Under the pieces are notes generated by a model. The model was not told the origin of the DNA. It saw only the letters and a program-made list of their open reading frames with translations, and searched no databases. From positions 3,104,001 to 3,168,000 of the forward strand of contig CBDBGH010000003.1 in the NCBI GenBank assembly GCA_965205265.1: a DNA stretch of 64,000 nt. The letters run 5' to 3'. This stretch comes from Alphaproteobacteria bacterium. GTDB lineage: Bacteria; Pseudomonadota; Alphaproteobacteria; Bin95. Below, piece after piece: positions 41,756-51,361 of the stretch; position 1 is the first letter of the stretch; the number at the start of each line of letters is the position of its first letter. Made by a program: the position numbers and the translations under genes.

Positions 41756-42313
41756 TCAGCAGCGCCGCCCTTCCAGCATGGGCGCCCAGCGCTTCAGGGC
41801 CTTGTCGAGACTGGCCATGGTGCGCCCGAGGTCCTCGCTGTCGTCCCGCAGCCAGACCCGCAAGACGGAGAGGTGGATGCCGGCCAGCAGCTTCACGCGC
41901 AGGAGGTCGATGGGCCTCTGCGCCGGCGCGCCGGCGGCTTCCAGCATCCAGGCCATGGACCGGGCGAGCGCCGGCGCCAGCGGCGCGCCGGACAACGGGT
42001 CGCGCCGCAGGTCGCGCCAGCACGCCCGGACAAGCTCGCGATGCGGCTTGAGCGCGTCATAACGGCGCATCAAAAGGTCGAAGAGCCGGTCGCGAAAGGA
42101 CTCCTCCCCGCCCCCCGCCCCGGCTTCCGACAACACCGCCGCGTCGATGCGCGCGACCGACGCCCGCATGACTGCGCCCTTCGACGGGAAGTGGCGATAG
42201 ACCTCCGCGAGCCCGCATCCGGCCTGCGCCGCAATATCGGAGAGCGTCGCATGGCGCCAGCCGCGTTCGGCGGCGACCGCGAGCGCCGCGTCGAGAATGG
42301 TATCGGCATCCAT
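41756..42313 (-). CDS. TetR family transcriptional regulator
   Basis: ILDAALAVAAERGW..ATLSDIA...YRHFPSK; DEDLGRTMA-type C-terminus (DDSEDLGRTMASLD). Confidence 0.88.
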   Translation of the reverse strand: MDADTILDAALAVAAERGWRHATLSDIAAQAGCGLAEVYRHFPSKGAVMRASVARIDAAVLSEAGAGGGEESFRDRLFDLLMRRYDALKPHRELVRACWRDLRRDPLSGAPLAPALARSMAWMLEAAGAPAQRPIDLLRVKLLAGIHLSVLRVWLRDDSEDLGRTMASLDKALKRWAPMLEGRRC

Positions 42314-42374
42314 GACATATCCTCCTTCAGGCCCCAATATGGGGCGCAGCAGCGACCGAGGGGAGGGTTGCCCC

Positions 42375-42767
42375 GTGAGTTTTCGCATCCGTCATCTGGA
42401 CCATGTCGTGCTCCGGGTCCGCGACATGGACGCGGCGATAGCCTTCTATACCGGCGTGCTCGGCTGCCGGGAGGAGCGCCGCCTGGAGGAAATCGGCCTG
42501 GTGCAGTTGCGCGCCGGCGCCAGCCTGATCGACCTCGTGCCGGGCGAACCGGACGCCTCCGGCGCCAATATGGACCACTTCGCGGTCCGCATTGCGCCCT
42601 TCGACGAAGCAAGCCTCCGCGCCTGGCTGGCGGAGCACGGCATTGAGACGGAAGCGGCGCTCCCGCGCTACGGCGCCGAGGGCACGGGCCCGTCGATCTA
42701 TATCCGCGACCCGGACGGCAACACCGTGGAACTGAAGGGCCCGCCCACGGGCCTGGGCGCCGCATAG
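42375..42767 (+). CDS. VOC family protein
   Basis: LDHVVLRV, FYTGVLG, SIYIRDPDGNTVELK. Confidence 0.9.
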   Translation: MSFRIRHLDHVVLRVRDMDAAIAFYTGVLGCREERRLEEIGLVQLRAGASLIDLVPGEPDASGANMDHFAVRIAPFDEASLRAWLAEHGIETEAALPRYGAEGTGPSIYIRDPDGNTVELKGPPTGLGAA

Positions 42768-42806
42768 GGGCCGCTGTCCCGGGCCGGCTGCGCCTCGGCG
42801 GCGGCG

Positions 42807-43508
42807 CTACACGCCGAGCCAGCGTTCGAGGTCGGCACCGCCGCCGGTCAGTTCCCCGCTGGTGCCGGTCCACACGATCCGGCCCTTTTCGACGATATAG
42901 TGGCGGTCTGCGAGGCGGGCGAGATCCGCCACATTCCGGTCGATGACGAGGATCGCCTGTCCTTCTTCCTTCAGGCTGGCAAGGCACTCCCAGATGCGCC
43001 GGCGGACCAGGGGCGCCAGCCCTTCGGTCGCCTCGTCCAGCACAAGCAGCCTGGGGTTGGTCATGAGCGCGCGGCCGATCGCCAGCATCTGCTGCTCGCC
43101 GCCGGAAAGCAGATTGCCCATATTGCGCCGGCGCGCTTCCAGCTCCGGGAACATCTCGAAAATGCGCGGGGCCGTCCATGGATTGGCGCGCCCGCCGCGG
43201 TTGGCGGCCGCCGCGACCAGATTCTCCTCCGCCGTCAGGTTGGGGAACACCTGCCGGCCCTCGGGCACAAGCCCGAGCCCGAGGCGGCCGATGCGATGGG
43301 AGGGCATGTCGCGCAGCTCGCGGCCCTCGAACAGGACCCTGCCCGCCGCGGACGGCACGATGCCGAACAGCGAGTTCACGGTGGTCGTCTTGCCCATGCC
43401 GTTGCGGCCCATGAAGCCGACCGCCTCGCCCTCGCCCACCTCCAGCGAAATGCCGAACAGCGCCTGGCTGCGCCCGTAAAACGTCTCAAGCCCTTCGATC
43501 CGCAGCAT
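42807..43508 (-). CDS. Branched-chain-type ABC transporter ATPase (LivF-like)
   Basis: GRNGMGKTT, LSGGEQQMLAIGRAL, DEATEGLAP. Confidence 0.93.
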   Translation of the reverse strand: MLRIEGLETFYGRSQALFGISLEVGEGEAVGFMGRNGMGKTTTVNSLFGIVPSAAGRVLFEGRELRDMPSHRIGRLGLGLVPEGRQVFPNLTAEENLVAAAANRGGRANPWTAPRIFEMFPELEARRRNMGNLLSGGEQQMLAIGRALMTNPRLLVLDEATEGLAPLVRRRIWECLASLKEEGQAILVIDRNVADLARLADRHYIVEKGRIVWTGTSGELTGGGADLERWLGV

Positions 43509-43509
43509 G

Positions 43510-44265
43510 TCAGGCGGCCTCGTCGCCGAGATAGGCGCGGCGCACGGCCTCGTCCGCCCGCACCGCCTCCGGGGCCCCCGACGCCGCGATGCGCCCGCCC
43601 ACGAGCACGCTGATCCGGTCGGCGAGTGCGAACACGACATCCATGTCATGCTCGACCAGCAGCATGGTCTTCTCGCCCTTCAGGCCTTCGAGAATGCCGG
43701 TCATGCGCCGGCTTTCCTCCGCGCTCATGCCCGCCATCGGCTCGTCCAGCAGCAGCAGTTCCGGCTCCGCCGCCAGCGTCATCGCGATTTCGAGCTGGCG
43801 GTGCTCGCCATGGCTGACGGCGCCCGCCCGCTCTTCGGCCACCCCGGCGAGACCCACCCGCTCGAGCGCCGCCATTGCCGGCCGGATGAGCGCCGGGTCG
43901 TTTCTCGCCGGGCGCCAGAAGCGGAAACTGCGGGCGTCGCGCGCCAGCACCGCCAGCATCACATTGTCCACCACCCGCATTCCCGGCACGACGCTGGTGA
44001 TCTGGAACGAGCGCGCGAAACCCAGCCTGGCCCGGGCATGAGCCGGGCGGCGGGCGATGTCGCGCCCGCCGAACAGCACGCGGCCCCGGTCCGGCTTGAG
44101 CTCCCCGGCGAGCAGGGAGATCAGGGTTGTCTTGCCGGCCCCGTTCGGCCCGATCACGGCATGGACCTCGCCGCGCTCAACTTCCATCGACACGCCATCG
44201 ACGGCGGCGACGCCGCCGAAGCTTTTTTGCAGGTCCTCGACCCGGAGCAGCGGTTCGTCAGCCAC
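43510..44265 (-). CDS. Branched-chain-type ABC transporter ATPase (LivG-like)
   Basis: GPNGAGKTT, SHGEHRQLEI, DEPMAG, VEHDM. Confidence 0.93.
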   Translation of the reverse strand: MADEPLLRVEDLQKSFGGVAAVDGVSMEVERGEVHAVIGPNGAGKTTLISLLAGELKPDRGRVLFGGRDIARRPAHARARLGFARSFQITSVVPGMRVVDNVMLAVLARDARSFRFWRPARNDPALIRPAMAALERVGLAGVAEERAGAVSHGEHRQLEIAMTLAAEPELLLLDEPMAGMSAEESRRMTGILEGLKGEKTMLLVEHDMDVVFALADRISVLVGGRIAASGAPEAVRADEAVRRAYLGDEAA

Positions 44266-45181
44266 GGCGCCCCTCCAGCAGCCCCGCGAGCCCGCCGCGC
44301 GCGAACAGCACAACCAGGATGAGCAGCAGGCCGAAGGGAAGCTGCCAGTAGATCGTCCAGCCGGACAGCAGCTCCTCCAGCAGCAGGAAGGCGGCCGCGC
44401 CCATCAACGGCCCGAACAGCGCGCCCGTCCCGCCCAGCACCACCATGAAGATCAGCTCGCCCGAGCGCGTCCAGTCCATCATTTCGGGGCTGATGAAATT
44501 GGTGAAATTGCCGAGCATGGCGCCGCTGAGGCCGCAGAGCGCCCCGGCGAGCGTATAGGCGGCGAGGCGGTGGCGGTAAAACGCGAAGCCGAGCGCGGCC
44601 ATCCGGCGTTCATTGCCCCTGGCACCCTCGATCACCATGCCGAAGCGCGAGCGCACCAGCCGGTGCACCAGGTAGAGCGTGCCGAGCAGGACCGCGAAAC
44701 AGGCATAGTAGAGGGTAAGGCTGTCCTCGAGATCGACCAGCGGGAACTCCGAGCGGATGTCGATCACGAGCCCGTCATCGCCTCCGTATTCCTCGATGCT
44801 GACGACGGCGAAGAACACCATCTGCGCGAACGCCATCGTGATCATGATGAAATAGACGCCGCGCGTGCGCAGCGCGATGGCGCCCGTGGCGAGCGCGAAG
44901 AGCGCGGAGCAGGCCACCGCGATCAGGATATGCAGCCAGCCGTCGTAAATTTCGTAATAGGCCGGGATGCCGACCGCATAGGCGCCGATGCCGATATAGG
45001 CCGCATGGCCGAAGCTGATCATGCCGCCATGGCCGAGGATGAGATTGAGCGAAGTGGCGGCTGCGGCGAGGCAGACGAGGCGCGTCAGGATATCGACATA
45101 GAAGGGCTGGCCGGCGGCGAGCGCCAGCGGCGGCGCGGCGGCGAGCGCGGCCAGCAGCGCCCAGCCGACCGCCCGGCTCAT
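44258..45181 (-). CDS. ABC transporter permease (LivM-like)
   Basis: SFGHAAY, GVYFIMITMAF, MVVLGG. Confidence 0.92.
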   Translation of the reverse strand: MSRAVGWALLAALAAAPPLALAAGQPFYVDILTRLVCLAAAATSLNLILGHGGMISFGHAAYIGIGAYAVGIPAYYEIYDGWLHILIAVACSALFALATGAIALRTRGVYFIMITMAFAQMVFFAVVSIEEYGGDDGLVIDIRSEFPLVDLEDSLTLYYACFAVLLGTLYLVHRLVRSRFGMVIEGARGNERRMAALGFAFYRHRLAAYTLAGALCGLSGAMLGNFTNFISPEMMDWTRSGELIFMVVLGGTGALFGPLMGAAAFLLLEELLSGWTIYWQLPFGLLLILVVLFARGGLAGLLEGRRG

Positions 45182-46101
45182 CGCGCCTTCGGCGGGAAGA
45201 GGCCCTGCGGACGGAACGCCAGCACGGCCGCCATCAGGATGTAGATCAGCATCGCCGAGAGCGCCGGCGCGGAGGTCTCGGCGGCCTGGACGTCGATGAT
45301 GAGCTTGAGACCCATGTCGAGGAAGGACCGGCCCATCGTGTCGATGAGCCCGATCAGCAGCGCTGCGACGAAGGCGCCCCGGATCGACCCGATGCCGCCG
45401 ACGATGACGACGACGAAGGCGGTGATGATGATCTCGTTGCCCATGCCGATGGAGGCTTCGGTGATGGGCGCGATCATCATGCCGGCGAGTCCTGCCATGA
45501 CGGCGCCGAGCGCGAACACCAGGGTGAACAGGAGGCCGATATCGATGCCGAGCGCGCCGGCCATGGCCGGGTTGGAGGCGCCGGCGCGGATGCGCATACC
45601 GAGCTTCGTCTTCACCACCAGCACATAGAGCCCGGCGGCCACCGCAAGCCCGGCCCCGATAATCAGCAGCCGGTAGGTCGGGAAAACCAGCCCGCCCGGC
45701 AGGTGCTGCTGCCCGTCCGCCCAGGCTGGCAGGCGGATCGCCATGCCCTCCGGACCCCACAATATCTGCACCAGGGTGTCGAAGCAGAGGATGAGCCCGA
45801 AGGTCGCCAGCACATGGTCCAGATGGTCCCGCCGGTAGAGCCGGCGCACCACGAGAAGCTCGACCGCAGCCCCGACCAGCGCCGTGGCCGGCAGCGCCAG
45901 CGCCACCGCCAGCAGGAAGGAGCCGGTCGCGTCCGTCAAGGTGGCGCAGAAATAGGCGCCCACCATGTAGAGCGAACCGTGCGCCAGATTGACGAAGTCC
46001 ATGATGCCGAAGATGAGCGTCAGCCCGGAGGCGAGCAGGAACAGCAGCACTCCGAGCTGAAGCCCGTTCAGCAATTGCGCGGCGACGAGACCCGCATCCA
46101 T
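45178..46101 (-). CDS. ABC transporter permease (LivH-like)
   Basis: GLTLIFG, VNLAHG, VGGIGS. Confidence 0.93.
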   Translation of the reverse strand: MDAGLVAAQLLNGLQLGVLLFLLASGLTLIFGIMDFVNLAHGSLYMVGAYFCATLTDATGSFLLAVALALPATALVGAAVELLVVRRLYRRDHLDHVLATFGLILCFDTLVQILWGPEGMAIRLPAWADGQQHLPGGLVFPTYRLLIIGAGLAVAAGLYVLVVKTKLGMRIRAGASNPAMAGALGIDIGLLFTLVFALGAVMAGLAGMMIAPITEASIGMGNEIIITAFVVVIVGGIGSIRGAFVAALLIGLIDTMGRSFLDMGLKLIIDVQAAETSAPALSAMLIYILMAAVLAFRPQGLFPPKAR

Positions 46102-46122
46102 GGGAGCGGGCCGGCTCCCCGG

Positions 46123-47307
46123 TTACATCTTGCACTCGGCGGCGTACACGTCCTTGTGGTCCTCCAGCACGGTATCGACCACCGTCGTCGTCCACACGCC
46201 GTCCGCATCCTCGACCACCTTGCGGAGGTAGAAGTTCTGGATCGGGAAGTGGTTGTTGCCGTAGCGGAACGGCCCGCGCACGGAGGGGAAGTCGGCCTTC
46301 TTCATGGCCGCGCGCATGCCGTCCATGTCGTCGAGGTTCCCGCCGACGGCCTCGACCGCGCTCTTGATGAGGAAGATCGTGTCGTAGGACTGCGCGGCGT
46401 AGAAGGACGGATAGCGCCCATAGGCCTTCTTGAAGCCGGAGACGAATTTCCTGTTCTGCGGCGTGTCGAGGTCGGGGCCCCAGAACTGCGTGTTGAGCGA
46501 GCCGAGCACGCCCGACATGCCGGCCTTCTGGAGGTTCGGCAGCGCGATCGAATCGACGGTGAACACCGTGTAGAGCGCGATTTCGCCCTGCAGGCCGGCC
46601 TGCTGGTACTGCTTGATGAAGGCGCCGCCCGCCTTGCCGGGATAGAACACGAAGATCCCGTCCGCGCCGGAGGCCTTGGCCTTGGCGAGCTCGGCCGAGA
46701 AGTCGAGCTGGGCGTCCTTGCCCCACTTGGTCATGTCCTTGCCGAGGATCTCGCCCTTGAAGGTGCGCTCGACGCCGGAGACCATGTTCTTGCCGGCGGC
46801 GTAGTTGGGCGCCATCACATAGAGCGACTTCACGCCCTGCCGGTTCAGCACCTCGCCCATCGCCATCGGCGTCTGGTCGTTCTGCCAGGAAGTCGAGAAG
46901 AAGTTCTCGTGGCAGAGCTTGCCGGCGATCTGCGAGGGGCCGGCATTGGAGCTGATGAGGAATTTGCCGCCGTCCAGCGCCGACTTGCGCGAGGCGAGCA
47001 GCACATGCGACCAGATGAACCCGGCGACGAAATGCACATCGTCCTGCTTGACGAGCTTGTCGGTCTTCTGCTTGCCGATCTCCGGCTTGAAGCCGTCGTC
47101 CTCGACGATGAGCTCGACTTCGAGGCCGCCCATCATGCCGCCGATGTCCTGCATGGCGAGATTGACAGCATCGACCATGTCGCGCCCGATGACGCCCGCA
47201 GGCGTGGTGACCGTGGTGACGAAGCCGATCTTCACCTTGTCGGCCCCGAAGGACGGCGATGCAAGCAGCGCGGCGGCAGCCGCCAGCGCAAGCGCGGTTT
47301 TTCTCAT
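46123..47307 (-). CDS. ABC transporter substrate-binding protein (type I, LivJ-like superfamily)
   Basis: Signal peptide; VKIGFVTT, EDDGFKPE, NAGPSQ, PNYAAG, SVRGPF. Confidence 0.92.
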   Translation of the reverse strand: MRKTALALAAAAALLASPSFGADKVKIGFVTTVTTPAGVIGRDMVDAVNLAMQDIGGMMGGLEVELIVEDDGFKPEIGKQKTDKLVKQDDVHFVAGFIWSHVLLASRKSALDGGKFLISSNAGPSQIAGKLCHENFFSTSWQNDQTPMAMGEVLNRQGVKSLYVMAPNYAAGKNMVSGVERTFKGEILGKDMTKWGKDAQLDFSAELAKAKASGADGIFVFYPGKAGGAFIKQYQQAGLQGEIALYTVFTVDSIALPNLQKAGMSGVLGSLNTQFWGPDLDTPQNRKFVSGFKKAYGRYPSFYAAQSYDTIFLIKSAVEAVGGNLDDMDGMRAAMKKADFPSVRGPFRYGNNHFPIQNFYLRKVVEDADGVWTTTVVDTVLEDHKDVYAAECKM

Positions 47308-47403
47308 GTCATGAACCCTCCCCGGTTTGGCGGCAGGCCGCCGGACCGCCCCAATCTACCGCCTTTCCCCCCCGGACGGAAACCGTTGCGACGGTGGCGT
47401 TCG

Positions 47404-47584
47404 GGGCGGGCGTGCGGCGCCATGTGACGCGGCTGCGGCGCTGGAGGCCGTGGCGTTTCAGGAAGCGCTGCAGCGAGGCCGCGTCGATAGACCAAGCCCT
47501 CGGCGACGAGCGCCCGTTGCAGCGCGCATACGGAAAGGTCCGGCCAGCTCTCCAATAGGCGGAAAATCCACTTCCGCTCCGGCC
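47404..47584 (-). mobile_element. Frameshifted IS630-like winged-HTH fragment (no DDE domain)
   Basis: PERKWIFRLLESWPDLSVCALQRALVAEGLV / IDAASLQRFLKRHGLQRR with a frameshift near 47489; homologous to 62111..62320. Confidence 0.6.
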
Positions 47585-48099
47585 CTGTATTTCTCCAATG
47601 GAACATTGCACGCTCCTGTCCGGCCGGCGCGCGCCGCTCTTCCGTTTATACCCTCGGCGCATTCCGCTCCCCACATCCCGTCGCGTGGCCGTAATGCAGT
47701 GCATTTCGTCAGATCATCATTCCTGCTTCATCCCAATTCAGGCGAGAATTTAGTGTTCATTTTAGGAAATATATCTATTAGTCACATCGTTGCTGTTTCG
47801 AGTGGTTATGACGGGGGCAGTCACATATCGGTAAAAGTCCTCCTTTTCCCGGGACCTTATCCGCCTCCCCTGACGAACACCAAGGTACGAAAAGAAACAA
47901 TGACATGAACAATGACCGTAGCCGCCCGACGCCAGCGCCAAAGCGAGAGCCGCGCGGCAGAAAGAAATTCGTCAAGACTTATGCTTGTCTGCTGTAGGGG
48001 TATTTTCCTAAAGAGCGGGAAACGCGTCTTTGGCGTTCTGAGTTTACTCTTACCTTTTCCAAGGAAGCCGCCGCATGGTCAGGTCGTCCGTTAGACGAA

Positions 48100-49629
48100 T
48101 TAATTGTCACTTTGGTTGAGCGCGCTGAGAAGTTGCTGGGCCGCTCCAGTCGCACCTTTTCTTCTCAGGACCCTTTGAAGGACGTCCTTCGGATCACGCA
48201 CCCCCTTGGTCTCCGACGATAGTTCATTCACGAATTCCAGCAATATTTCTTGGAGATAATCCGTTTCCCGTTGATACTTCTCTTCCAAATCTCGCCCTAG
48301 ACTAAGGGTATTGACATCCTGACCCTCTTCTCGAAGCATTTTGCTAATACCATCCCGGCATATGTCTCTGCCTTTCGAATGCAATTCATGTATTTCTGCT
48401 TCTGATGGTACTTCCCCTCTCCCGTGAATAACACTTGATGCGCCGTCATATATGTGTTGTAGCAATTTCCTATATTTTTGCCTTTCAGCAAAAGTTTCTC
48501 CCAAATGCCATGCGCCATTTGTAGAGACCCGGAACCTATATTCCATTCTTCCTTCCGTCACATATAGAGCTTCCATTGCCATACGCAGGTCTGGGAGCCC
48601 ATCTGCTGCCCAGTTGCGTCGGCTGTTTCTCCACCCTACTGCGGCTCTTGTCAGTCTGTGCCGCCTATTCGTGAACTTCTGCATTGCAGTATTAAGATCG
48701 TTTGCATATCTTGGACTAAGGAGTTGTACGGGACTGTCCGGGATACGGTGCAAGTGCTGTCGTGCGCTTCCATGCCCGGAGAAATCGAAGAACTTGCTGT
48801 TGTCTTCTTTCCACCATGACAAATCCCAATATGCATTGGTATCCAAGTAGACCGATACTGCCAGCAGCAAGGCATCTACTTCTTTTTCGGTCATAGCTTG
48901 TTTGGCGTCTGCCACCAGATCTAGTTTTTGCGTCTCTTTAGACATAATCCGGTTGGGATGAAAGAATGACGGGTCAAATGTAGTGTCAACACACAACACG
49001 GTCTTATTTGGAAAGTCGAAATACGATGTTGCCTCGTCGTTCGGCTTGACATAAGATATTTCGTTTCTATCCCTCTCTACAAACATCTGCTCGACTAGAG
49101 CTTGATCAACATGGTCGAACAGTAATCCATCATCGTCGGGAAGCCGGATAAACCGAACACCGTCGCGAAGACAAAAGGGTTCCTCAATGGAAACACCTCT
49201 GAGCATATAGTATCGAGTGATAGTGATTGGATTCCCATCGCGCCAGGAAAATAATTGTGCGCTAGCTGCATCGGATGTGGTTGCAGCGGCCATACGCAAA
49301 ATGCAAAGTGCAAGCTGCTCGATTGATATCAAGCTATCTTCGCTAAAGGTTCTGGGGCCAAAGCCAATCTTGGGCGGATTACCAAGCCTTACATTCTCGG
49401 ACATGATGTCGTTCACGGCATCAATAAGTGCTCTCTTCGGTTCTTCCAACGAGAAATGAGTGTTAGCTATTTCCAAGTAATATCGGGAATGGTAAGGATT
49501 GGGAATGGCATCTTGATATAGACTACGATAGACGTTGTGCCGAAAGTTACCTACTTCGGATAAACGCGGGGAGAAAGTTGCAAAAGGCAACACGCTGTCG
49601 AGCAGGCGCGCGAAGGCGGCATTGTCCAT
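48100..49629 (-). CDS. Low-GC hypothetical protein with C-terminal ApeA-like HEPN domain
   Basis: DLRMAMEALY...FRVSTNGAWHLG...ERQKYRKLLQHIYDGASSVIHG; AT-rich codon usage. Confidence 0.7.
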   Translation of the reverse strand: MDNAAFARLLDSVLPFATFSPRLSEVGNFRHNVYRSLYQDAIPNPYHSRYYLEIANTHFSLEEPKRALIDAVNDIMSENVRLGNPPKIGFGPRTFSEDSLISIEQLALCILRMAAATTSDAASAQLFSWRDGNPITITRYYMLRGVSIEEPFCLRDGVRFIRLPDDDGLLFDHVDQALVEQMFVERDRNEISYVKPNDEATSYFDFPNKTVLCVDTTFDPSFFHPNRIMSKETQKLDLVADAKQAMTEKEVDALLLAVSVYLDTNAYWDLSWWKEDNSKFFDFSGHGSARQHLHRIPDSPVQLLSPRYANDLNTAMQKFTNRRHRLTRAAVGWRNSRRNWAADGLPDLRMAMEALYVTEGRMEYRFRVSTNGAWHLGETFAERQKYRKLLQHIYDGASSVIHGRGEVPSEAEIHELHSKGRDICRDGISKMLREEGQDVNTLSLGRDLEEKYQRETDYLQEILLEFVNELSSETKGVRDPKDVLQRVLRRKGATGAAQQLLSALNQSDN

Positions 49630-49797
49630 GGTATCCTCGCGATGGTTGCGAGGCTACGGTAGTGCTTTCGGGCACTCCTGACTACCCCTGCCGCTTTCAG
49701 CTAGAAGGGCATATAAATCGCCTTATTTTCTTTAATTGCAGTCCCGGAAAGGGAAAATATCCATAAGACTTGGCGTTCCTATGACGGCGCCGGGCCC

Positions 49798-51261
49798 TCA
49801 GCCGGAATAGCGCTGCCCGATGTGGCGGATGAAGGCGCCGGTGTCGAGCGGGCGGCCCGTGGCCTGCTCCGCGAGATCGTCCGAGGACGCATCGAGGCAG
49901 CCCCGGCTGTGGACATGCTCCCTCAGCCAGCCGGTAAGCGGCTCGAAATTGCCGCGCTCGATCTCCCGGTCGAGATCGGGGACGGCCGCGCGTATGGCTT
50001 CGGCAAGCTGGGCCGCCATGAGCGCGCCGAGCGTGTATGTGGGGAAATAGCCGAAGGAGCCGCCCGACCAGTGGATGTCCTGCATGCAGCCTTCGCCCGG
50101 CCCCGGCGGGCGGATGCCGAGCAGCGATTCCATAGCGTCGTCGAAGGCGCCGGGCAGGTCCGCCGGGTCGAGCGCGCCGGAGATCAGGGCGGTCTCGCAG
50201 CGGTGGCGGACGACGATGTGCAGCGGATAGCTGACCTCGTCCGCCTCGACGCGGACGAGCCCCGGCTCGACATGGTTGAGCACACGGTAGAGCCCGGCCG
50301 GCGCCCACTCGTCCGCCGGCGCCAGCTCCTCGTTGAGCAGCCGCGCATAGGGGACGGCGAAGGCTTCCGAGCGGCAGGCCTGCATTTCGATGGACAGCGA
50401 CTGGCTTTCATGCGCGGTCATGCCCCGGTTGCGGCCGACCGGCTGCCGGCGCCAGTCCTCCGGCAGCCCGCGCGTGTAGAGCGCATGGCCGCTCTCGTGC
50501 AGCACCGCCATCAGCGCCTCGCCCGGCGGCCCCGAATAGCGGGTGGTGATGCGCACGTCGTCCCGTTCGCCGGTCGAGAACGGGTGCGCCGATTCGTCGA
50601 GCCGTACATGCCGCTCCTCCAGGCCCAGCATGGCCATCAGCCGCCGGGCGAGGCGCTCCAGGTCCTCCCGCGACCCCTCGGGCCCCGGCGGTTTCGGGCC
50701 GCCCCGCACGCGGTCGAGGACGCCGGGCAGGAACGCCTCCAGCTCCGCGAACATGGCGGCGACGCCTTCGCCCCGCCGGCCGGGGTCGTAGCTGTCCAGC
50801 AGCGCGTCGTAAGGTGCCAGGCCCAGCGCCTCGCCCCTGATCCCGGCTTCCTCCCGGACGCGCTCCACGACGTCGCGAAGCGCCGGCAGGAAGGCCGCGA
50901 AATCGCCGTCATGCCGCGTCCTGTGCCAGACCCCTTGCGCCCTGGAGACGGCCCGCGCCTTCGCCTCCACCAGATCGGTCGGCAGGGCGGCGGCGGCCCC
51001 GTGCAGGCGGCGCATCTCGCGCAGATTGGCCGCCTGCCAGGGCTCGTCCGCCCGGGCGGCCGCCAGCGCCTCGGCGCATTCCGGCGCGGTGAACAGCTCA
51101 TGCGCGAGGCCGCCCAGCGTCGCCTGCTGGTGGCCCCGCGCGGCCTCGCCGCCGGGCGGCCCGTAAGTGAGCGAATACCACCGCACGGTCCGCGACGCCG
51201 CATTGAGATCCGCAATGCGCGCGAACCGGCGCTCCAGCCGCTCATAGCTCCTATTGCCCAT
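49798..51261 (-). CDS. Carboxypeptidase M32 (Taq family)
   Basis: HPF, DVRITT, HESGH, HESQSL, VRVEADE, QDIHW, GYFPTY. Confidence 0.95.
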   Translation of the reverse strand: MGNRSYERLERRFARIADLNAASRTVRWYSLTYGPPGGEAARGHQQATLGGLAHELFTAPECAEALAAARADEPWQAANLREMRRLHGAAAALPTDLVEAKARAVSRAQGVWHRTRHDGDFAAFLPALRDVVERVREEAGIRGEALGLAPYDALLDSYDPGRRGEGVAAMFAELEAFLPGVLDRVRGGPKPPGPEGSREDLERLARRLMAMLGLEERHVRLDESAHPFSTGERDDVRITTRYSGPPGEALMAVLHESGHALYTRGLPEDWRRQPVGRNRGMTAHESQSLSIEMQACRSEAFAVPYARLLNEELAPADEWAPAGLYRVLNHVEPGLVRVEADEVSYPLHIVVRHRCETALISGALDPADLPGAFDDAMESLLGIRPPGPGEGCMQDIHWSGGSFGYFPTYTLGALMAAQLAEAIRAAVPDLDREIERGNFEPLTGWLREHVHSRGCLDASSDDLAEQATGRPLDTGAFIRHIGQRYSG

Positions 51262-51361
51262 CCAGTGCCCCCCTTCGCGCATGCCCGTTTCCGGGCTGGA
51301 CCCCGGCACCGTAGCCGGTCCATGCTCGGAAGTCGCGACATGAGAGGGAGGAATCGCACCG

